This document shows, piece by piece, positions 36,922 to 45,542 of a DNA stretch of 64,000 bases. The stretch covers positions 62,001 to 126,000 of the forward strand of contig OZ025785.1 of NCBI GenBank assembly GCA_964019425.1, written 5' to 3'. The stretch is from Flectonema sp. DT1601 (taxonomy: Eukaryota). Positions within the stretch are counted from its first letter, which is position 1, and each line of letters starts with the position of its first letter. Below the pieces are notes generated by a model. That model did not search any database. It was not told where the DNA came from and saw nothing but the letters and a program-made list of their open reading frames with translations. Position numbers and translations under genes: made by a program.

Positions 36922-38700
36922 TCAAAATATCTTCATACTCAATCGCACGGAAAAACTACAATCTTCCAATCCCTTGACATCTTTCTTAGTTAGTTTTGTA
37001 TTCCATAACAAATTACTTCCTGTTGTAGTCACTTTCCGAAACCCGGAAACATCAATTGAGGTAAGAGACTCACAGTTACTAATAAAGTTATTGCCAACAC
37101 TCGTAACTTCACTCAAGGAAGACAAATCCACGCTAGTCAGAGACTTTGAGTATTGCAAGAATCCATCTCCTATTTCAGTCAGCTTCATACCGGAAACATT
37201 GATGGAGGTTAGGGACTCACAGTCACTAATAAAGTAATTGCCAACACTCGTAACTTCACTCAAGGAAGACAAATCCACTCTAGTCAGAGACTCCGATTTT
37301 CGCAAGAATCCATTTCCTATTTTACTCAGCTTCTTCAAACCGCAAACATCGATGGAGGTGAGGGACTCACAGTGACTAATAAAGTAATTGCCAACACTCG
37401 TAACTTCACTCAAGGAAGACAAACCCACGCTAGTCAGAGACTTTGAATTATGCAAGAACCCATATCCTATTATAGTCAGCTTCTTCAAACCGGAAATATC
37501 GATGGAGGTGAGGGACTCACAGTGACTAATAAAGTAATTGCCAACACTCGTTACTTTCCTCAAGGAAGACAAATCCACGCTAGTCAGAGACTCCGATTTT
37601 TGCAAGAATCCATTTCCTATTTTAGTCAGCTTCTTCAAACCAGAAATATTGATGGAGGTGAGGGACTCACAGTTAATAATAAAGTGATCGTCAATGCTCG
37701 TTACTTTACTCAGACCGGATAGATTAACGTGAGTCAGAGACTGCAAGTTGTTCAAGAACTTGCTGGGGATGGCCGTCACATTGTGAAAAGAAGTGAAATC
37801 GATTGACGTCAGCGAGTCACAACTGTCTGACAGAAACTCTTGCTCAAAAGCAGTGCAACGGCCGCAGTTGGTGAATGACAACCGACGGATAGAAGACGGA
37901 AGCATCTCAATACAATCACTAGAAAGGGTGCCTTCATCGTCGATATATTCTGAGGCATCGAAGACACACAACATGTCGGGATTTTGTGTGAACAAAATGT
38001 CAATTCGAGTACGAAAATGTGAAGTTTTCAACTCCTCCGCAGTCACAAGTCCAGGCCTCTTGTATGTTCTTTTCATAGTACCCCAGTTGTTCGAATCTTC
38101 CAGCTCACGGAGGATCTCGGCACCCCATGAGGTGTTGTCAAATTGGGATTTGACTTCTTCCTTCGACGAGTCTGAGAGTCTCGGCCAGTCCAGCAGCAGA
38201 AAGAGTTCCTTCCTGAGTTGGGCTGGGACACCCTCTTCTGTTTCACCCATGCCCAAGTAACCAGTTTGAAGTGTGTTGAAATACTCATCCTCGTTCAGCA
38301 GCCGAGGGAAGCAGGTGGACGAGAATACATTCCTCAGGTCATCTTCGACCAACTCCAACTTCCCCTCCCCCTTGAGATCAGCTTTAACAAACCCGATATC
38401 GGCACACTTCATGTCAGGATGCAAGGAAAGGGTTCCCAGTAATCGCGAGCTTCCTTCCACCAACTTCGCCGACTCCTTCTCCCTCGCCACCCAGTGTACT
38501 TCCTTGTACGTCGTCAATTCAGTCGCAGCCTCAGCATCCGTCATTCCAACCATGATCTCCTCCGACGATCTGAGAACTTCTGAAAAGCTGTCCATCAGCG
38601 CCCCCGACTCCTCCTTCCGACTCACCATTTCCACGAGCAGCTTCGCCATGAACCTCTGATGGCTCCTCAAAACAGAGGACAGGGAATCGACAGTTGTCAT
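36922..38700 (-). CDS. LRR family copy 3 (592 aa, 11 LRRs; last residues replaced by foreign sequence)
   Basis: True start is ATG 38700 (MTTVDSLSS) by homology to the other copies. Homology stops after KGLEDCS at about 36955. Confidence 0.85.
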   Translation of the reverse strand: MTTVDSLSSVLRSHQRFMAKLLVEMVSRKEESGALMDSFSEVLRSSEEIMVGMTDAEAATELTTYKEVHWVAREKESAKLVEGSSRLLGTLSLHPDMKCADIGFVKADLKGEGKLELVEDDLRNVFSSTCFPRLLNEDEYFNTLQTGYLGMGETEEGVPAQLRKELFLLLDWPRLSDSSKEEVKSQFDNTSWGAEILRELEDSNNWGTMKRTYKRPGLVTAEELKTSHFRTRIDILFTQNPDMLCVFDASEYIDDEGTLSSDCIEMLPSSIRRLSFTNCGRCTAFEQEFLSDSCDSLTSIDFTSFHNVTAIPSKFLNNLQSLTHVNLSGLSKVTSIDDHFIINCESLTSINISGLKKLTKIGNGFLQKSESLTSVDLSSLRKVTSVGNYFISHCESLTSIDISGLKKLTIIGYGFLHNSKSLTSVGLSSLSEVTSVGNYFISHCESLTSIDVCGLKKLSKIGNGFLRKSESLTRVDLSSLSEVTSVGNYFISDCESLTSINVSGMKLTEIGDGFLQYSKSLTSVDLSSLSEVTSVGNNFISNCESLTSIDVSGFRKVTTTGSNLLWNTKLTKKDVKGLEDCSFSVRLSMKIF

Positions 38701-39919
38701 TATTTTTAACTGGATGAGTTTCTGGTGATGAAGAATTAATTCAAAAGATACGTAACTACAATTCAAGAATGAAGGAAACTGCTGCGAGTCAACTTCACAT
38801 TTGTCTGGAAACCACCTGAAGAATTTCAGAGTGCGATTCAACTCAAGAACTTATTCTCAACGATAATAATAAAAAGAATTAAGACCTTCAAATAAAACAA
38901 AACGTTAGATCAAATTTAAATAAACAAAAGAGTCCAAGAACTACTAGGTATTAACCAGTTAGTCTCATAGAGAATATAGCAGCTCTCAATAACTGTAACA
39001 ACTAACATTACATTGTAATCGGAGGAGGTATTAATAAAATAGGTCACGAAGTGATCTTATCGGTAAAAAGAATCGGCCAACTTCACTTTTATACTTTTTC
39101 TACTCACACTTTTGTGTTGTTGTTTCTGCGCAACCATAACAATATCCTTATGAAGGATTAGGTTAGTTATTCTGCCCACAATTGTCTTTACAACCGAACA
39201 GCGGGTTTCAAAAAAAAAAAGAAAACTACAGTTCGAAATGATGAGTTGCCAGACCATCTTTGTTTGACAACTGACAATGTAATTAGTAAGTATTAATGGT
39301 TATCAGTCAATTAAAAAAGTCAATCAAATACATGAATTAGTAGAACAACAAACAAATAGTGGTTGGGTTTGAGGATAAAATTAAGATATCTTTCTCAGGA
39401 CCATTCCCCTCTTCAGTAAAGAGAGCAAGGGGGACACTGCGGTGCCAGGCAAATAGTTACAAAAACACAATTGTTCTGCTGTTCCATAAAACACTTGCGG
39501 AATACGTAGTTTCAGGAAGAATACGAAAAAATTAATATCAAAGAACTCGGCAGCGGAAATTACTTGTAGTTGATGGAGGGTGAAGCAACTTGATACCGTA
39601 ATTAAATATAAATTAATTTAGCTTATCTACGGCGAGGAACAGTTCCTTCATCTACCTTGTCAAAGTGTCACTGTTGGGTAAGGATTGTAATTGTATTGGA
39701 GAAGTCAAACACAACCTTTAACCATCCAGTTCAGGACTTTGGTGTTTTCTTCTTTTTCACTTCTGCTTACACCCGACTTGTTCCTCCAAATAGCTGAAAT
39801 CAATTCCGTTTAAATAAATATGATCCACAACAATGCTTACATCCCCAAAAAGATATTAACACCCCAGTCAAGGAATATAATTACTTACTAATGGCTCAAG
39901 GTAATTATATCCGATTGTT

Positions 39920-41404
39920 TCAAAACCGCTCCTTTAAAATCATTCCAACGACATCACTGCAATCTTCCAATCCCTTGAAATCTTTCTCAGTCAGTTTCGT
40001 TTTCCATAAGAATCCATTTCCTATTATAGTCAGCTTCTTCAAACCAGAAACATCGATGTAGGTGAGGGACTCACAGTTACCAATAAAGCAACGGCTAACG
40101 CTCGTAACTTCACTCAAGGAAGACAAATCCACGCTAGTAAGAGACTTTGAATTATGCAAGAATCCGTATCCTATTGTAGTCAGCTTCTTCAAACCGGAAA
40201 GATCGATGGAGGTGAGGGACTCACAGTTTCTAACAAACTCATTGCCAATGCTGGTTACTTCACTCAAGGAAGACAAATCCACGCTAGTCAGAGACCTTGT
40301 ACTATGCAAGAATCCATATCCTATTGTAGTCAACTTCTGAAAACCGGAAACATCGATGGAGGTGAGGGACTCACAGTTTTTACTAAAGTCATCGCCAACA
40401 CTCGTTACTTTACTCAGACCGGATAAATTAACGTGAGTCAGAGACTTCGAGTTATTCAAGAACTTGCTGGGGATGGCCGTCACATTGTGCAAAGAAGTGA
40501 AATCGATTGACGTCAGCGAGTCACAACTGTCTGACAGGAACTCTTGCTCAAATGCAGTGCAAAGGCTGCAGTTGGTGAATGACAACCGACGGATGCAAGA
40601 CGGAAGCATCTCAACACAATCACTAGAAAGGGTGCCTTCATCGTCGATATATTCTGAGGCATCGAAGACACACAACATGTCAGGATTTTGTGTGAACAAA
40701 ATGTCAATTCGAGTACGAAAATGTGAAGTTTTCAACTCCTCCGCAGTCACAAGTCCAGGCCTCTTGTATGTTCTTTTCACAGTACCCCAGTTGTTCGAAT
40801 CTTCCAGCTCACGGAGGATCTCGGCACCCCATGAGGTGTTGTCAAATTGGGATTTGACTTCTTCCTTCGAAGAGTTGGAGAGTCTCGGCCAGTCCAGCAG
40901 CAGAAAGAGTTCCTTCCTGAGTTGGGCTGGGACACCCTCTTCTGTTTCACCCATGCCCAAGTAACCAATTTGAAGTGTGTTGAAATACTCATCCTCGTTC
41001 AGCAGCCGAGGGAAGCAGGTGGACGAGAATACATTCCTCAGGTCATCTTCGACCAATTCCAACTTCCCGTCCCCCTTGAGATCAGCTTTAACAAACCCGA
41101 TATCGGCACACTTCATGTCAGGATGCAAGGAAAGGGTTCCCAGTAATCGCGAGCTTCCTTCCACCAGCTTCGTCGACTCCTTCTCCCTCGCCACCCGGTG
41201 TACTTCCTTGTACGTCGTCAATTCAGTCGCAGCCTCAGCATCCGTCATTCCAACCATGATCTCCTCCGACGATCTGAGAACTTCTGAAAAGCTGTCCATC
41301 AGCGCCCCCGACTCCTCCTTCCGACTCACCACTTCCACCAGCAGCTTCGCCATGAACCTCTGATGGCTCCTCAAAACAGAGGACAGGGAATCGACAGTTG
41401 CTAT
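39920..41404 (-). pseudogene. LRR family copy 4 (7 LRRs, type B); start codon ATG>ATA and a premature stop near the end
   Basis: ATA at 41404 where the paralogues have ATG. CGA>TGA at 39920 removes RNNRI. It could still be translated from Met18 (MAKLL). Confidence 0.75.
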
Positions 41405-41521
41405 TATTTTTAACTGGATGAGTTTCTGGTGATGAAGAATTAATTCAAAAGATACGTAACTTCAATTCAAGAATGAAGGAAACTGCTTGTATTCATTAGA
41501 CAAACGATTCCACATATTCTT

Positions 41522-41697
41522 ACATCAATCATCTGGAGAAGGTTTACTCAGAGGAGAATGTGGATGGGCTTCACTCTATTATCGCAGACCATCTTTATAT
41601 GAAGCAAACCCGCTTTCTGCGAGAATTACAACAAATATTCCTCGAAGAGCATCAAACACTAGAACCCGACAATAATGAACATAAGCCCTCCCCAGAA
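41522..41697. repeat. Dispersed ~175-bp duplication, second copy at about 51023-51197
   Basis: catcaatcatct.ga.gaaggtttactcagaggagaatgtggatgg...cataagcc is shared. Both copies lie upstream of type-B LRR genes. Confidence 0.9.
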
Positions 41698-41775
41698 GGC
41701 ATGATATTATGATTCACTATGAAAGAGTAAACAATGGACAACGGGATGTTCTTGTTGATAGACTCTGTGGGCTCC

Positions 41776-42330
41776 CTGTGAAAATAAATTCATTCTAAGC
41801 AAGCAAAAAACAAACAACACTAAAGTAAGTAAAGAATACATCAACGGTTACGTTCTCTCTTTTTATTTTTTTCAGAAACAACAATCAAGACATAATGTAA
41901 ATCTGAAAGGAAAGGAATGACATCAACGATAAATAAATACTTAGATACAATCTGGTAACCGTTCACTTAATAGTTGACATCATTCGAATGGTGTTTTTGA
42001 CTCAAATTACATTTGACACCGTCAAATTGTATTTATCGCAAATTAAAAAAAGAATGTACAAATAAAAATAAGCTTCAGATAAAATACACCTTACAGTGAA
42101 AGTGGTTACGAAGAACTGAAATACCTATAAGAGACTACTTCTTAGAAGCCGCTAGGTAACCTCTACTGGTAGACACTAAGCGAGTTACCGAAGCTAGAAT
42201 ATGAGATTATTATAAAATAGTTCACTACATTGGAAAAGAAAAAGAGAAAAAACCACAACTGTTTCGGATGTTGATTCGGATGTTCATTTTACACTAGCGC
42301 TCGTCGTCGTTAACATTTTAGTTGAAGTTA
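41776..42330. repeat. Segmental duplicate of the helicase upstream region (25253-25480) fused to the LRR 3' flank (27833-28120)
   Basis: cctgtgaaaataaattcattctaagc...tagttgacatca matches 25253-25461. aaattgtatttatcgcaaatt...gttgaagttatt matches 27835-28130. Confidence 0.9.
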
Positions 42331-43751
42331 TTATTTAGGAAATTCTTTTTTAACAACAGCACTGCAACCTTCCAATCCCTTAACACCTTTTTTAGTTAGT
42401 TTTGTATCCATTAAGAATCCATATCCTATTGCAGTCACTTTCTTCAAACCGGAAACATCGATGGAGGTGAGGGACTCACAGTGACTAATAAATTGATCGC
42501 CAACACTCGTAACTTCACTCAAGGAAGACAAATCTACGCTAGTCAGACACTTTGAATTATGCAAGAACCAATTTCCTATTGTAGTCAGCTTCTTCAAACC
42601 TGAAACATCGATGGAGGTGAGGGACTCACAGTTACTAATAAAGCGATCGCCAACACTCGTAACTTCACTCAAGGAAGACAAATCCACGCTAGTCAGACAC
42701 TTTGAATTATGCAAGAAACAATTTCCTATTGTAGTCAGCTTCTTCAAACCTGAAACATCGATGGAGGTGAGGGACTCACAGTTACTAATAAAGTGATCGC
42801 CAACACTCGTAACTTCACTCAAGGAAGACAAATCCACGCTAGTCAGACACTTTGAAGTACTCAAGAAACAATTTCCTATTGTAGTCAGCTTCTTCAAACC
42901 GGAAACATCGATGGAGGTGAGGGACTCACAGTTTCTAACAAAGTCGTAGCCAATGCTGGTTACTTTACTCAGACAGGATAAATTAACGTGAGTCAGAGAC
43001 TTCAAGTTGTTCAAGAACTTGCTGGGGATGGCCGTCACATTGTGAAAAGAAGTGAAATCGATTGACGTCAGCGAGTCACAACCGTCTGACAGGAACTCTT
43101 GCTCAAATGCAGTGCAACGGCTGCAGTTGGTGAATGACAACCGACGGATAGAAGACGGAAGCATCTTAACACAATCACCAGAAAGGGTGCCTTCATCGTC
43201 GATATATTCTGAGGCATCGAGGACACACAACATGTCGGGATTTTGTGTGAACAAATTGTCAATTCGAGTACGAAGATGTGAAGTTCTCAACTCCTCCGCA
43301 GTCACAACACGTTCATACCTAGGCCATTTGTGGAGAAGGAGTCGGCGAAGTTGGTGGAAGGAAGCTCGCGATTACTGGGAACCCTTTCCTTGCATCCTGA
43401 CATGAAGTGTGCCGATTTCGGGTTTGTTAAAGCTGATCTCAAGGGGGACGGGAAGTTGGAGCCGGTCGAAGATGACCTGAGGAATGTATTCTCGTCCACC
43501 TGCTTCCCTCGGCTGCTGAACGAGGATGAGTATTTCGAGACAGTTCGAATTGGTTACTTGAGCCTGACTACTTCAGAGGATGGTGTCTCACCCCAACTCA
43601 GGAAGGAACTCTTCCTGTTGCTGGACTGGCCGAGACTCTCCTCCTCGGGGAAGGAAAAAGTAAAATCCGAATTTGACAACACCTCATGGGGTGCCGAGAT
43701 CCTCCGTGAGCTGGAAGATTCGAACAACTTGGGTACTGTGACAGTTGCCAT
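42331..43751 (-). pseudogene. LRR family copy 5 (9 LRRs), N-terminal domain disrupted by an inversion and a deletion
   Basis: The leader and ATG (43751, MATV) are intact, 43332-43740 is inverted, and about 200 bp (codons ~4-72) are missing. The LRR part 42331-43331 is open. Confidence 0.85.
43332..43740 (+). other. Inverted fragment of the LRR-family N-terminal domain (codons ~73-209)
   Basis: The plus strand reads EKESAKLVEGSSRLLG...ELEDSNNLGTV. This is the only piece of the family on the plus strand. Confidence 0.9.
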
Positions 43752-44595
43752 TATTTTTAAACTGGATGAGTTTCTGGTGATGAAGAATTAATTCAAAGGA
43801 TACGTAACTTCAATTCAAGAACGTAATTCACATGATAACTGACACCAGAGAACAATCATCGCTACTCACTATGACTGCGGAATTAATTAATTTAAATACT
43901 TGTATTGCGTGTACTTCATGGAGGGGTGAAACTTTCACAATGTAAAAACAATAACAACTTTAGGTATTAATACAAAAACTAATATCAAAGTATTCGATTG
44001 AATAGTTGTTAATAAAAGAAAAAGTTCGTTGTCTCATTGACCAGAAGACGTTGTCGAATCTGGTAATTCAGGGACCACGTACTATCAGGTTGAGAGTCCA
44101 ATCCGTTACAACTTACACTTAAATAAAATAAAAAGAACAAAACAGTTCGTATTACAGGACTAGTTAGTAGTACACTGCTAGCGGCGTACTCTTGCGTGGA
44201 GGGAGTTAATTGATTTCGAGTGAGCTCATATTGTGAAAACAAAAAGTTATAAAAACACAATTGTTCTGCTGTTCCATAAGCCACTTGCGGAATACGTAGT
44301 TTCAGGAGCCTTAATCTTATACTACTTGTCCCTCTTAGGTCTTCATCAGTAAGTTCTGACGGACTTCACTCCAGTTCTTCAGAATCAGACATTGACAAAT
44401 ATGATTTCGCCAAGACGGGCTGGTATATACTTGGTTTTGATCAGCTGAGTTCCATGTAATGTAAAAACAATAACAACTTTAGGTATTAAAACAAAAAGAA
44501 TCGGCACCTCACTAAATAATTCTCACACTTTGTTTTTCTTTGTGCGCAACCGGACCCCTTAATATTTAAACACTTCCCTAATTTCTTTTAGGAAC

Positions 44596-44814
44596 GCACG
44601 TCAACACCGCAACGGACCTCCACCAGAGTTTCCCCGGCTTCGTCCTATCCAGGCATAGTTCACCATCTTTCGGGTCCCAATAAGTGTACTTTACCTCAAA
44701 TCCTTTTCCAATAAATCGGGATCGGGCTGTGCTACACCCCCAGGGGTTGGCACATAAAGACCCTTTCAGTGCGGCTAATGGGTTTGACACCCTAAACCTT
44801 TGCACACGCGTTAG
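44596..44814 (-). rRNA. Isolated ~220-bp fragment of eukaryotic LSU (28S) rRNA, not a functional gene
   Basis: The minus strand contains GGGACCCGAAAGATGGTGAACTATGCCTG...GAAGCC..GGAAACTCTGGTGGAGG...TGACGTGC, the conserved core after the D3 region. No further rDNA is seen on either side. Confidence 0.85.
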
Positions 44815-45542
44815 CATATAAGATTGTTAGTCATATAATCCAACGTTACTGTATATTATGAGTGCTCTAGGGAGGGTAACTCACAGTAACAGAGGACCCA
44901 ATCCGTAGCCACATCCGAAGACTTGACATGGATTGTTGAAGTAGCATCGACTGAAAGATTAATAAATACCAATCTCCAGCTTTCCGCCTCGCAGCAGCTT
45001 ATTAAACTATCGAACTAAAATTAAACAAAACAAAAATAAAAATAAAAATAAAAATCAACAAAATTAAAACATGATAAAACAATTACTGATAAACTACTAA
45101 AGCACTCGGAGAGCATTAAATAATAACGCTAGGTTGGCAGCAGCCCTTATTTTTTGAATATATATCGCAAATTAAAATAAGATTGTAAAAACAAAAATAA
45201 CAATCAACAGAAAACGTTTTAGTATCTGTTAATGCAGAGAATGACTAAAGTTATCAGTTATACTCCTCCCAGCCATATGTTAGTTCGGAGGAGTCTTCAG
45301 ATAAAATACACCTTACAGTGAAAGTGGTTACGAAGAACTGAAATACCTATAAGAGACTACTTCTTAGAAGCCGCTAGGTAACCTCTACTGGTAGACACTA
45401 AGCGAGTTACCGAAGCTAGAATATGAGATTATTATAAAATAGTTCACTACATTGAAAAAAGAACAAGAAAAAAAAACACAACTGTTTCGGATGATCCATT
45501 TTACACTAGCGCTCGCCGTTGTTAACACTTTAGTTGAAGTTA

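Noticed and set aside
44578..44817. 79-aa ORF (MLTRVQRFRV...)
   Set aside because: It is a chance translation of the 28S rRNA fragment.
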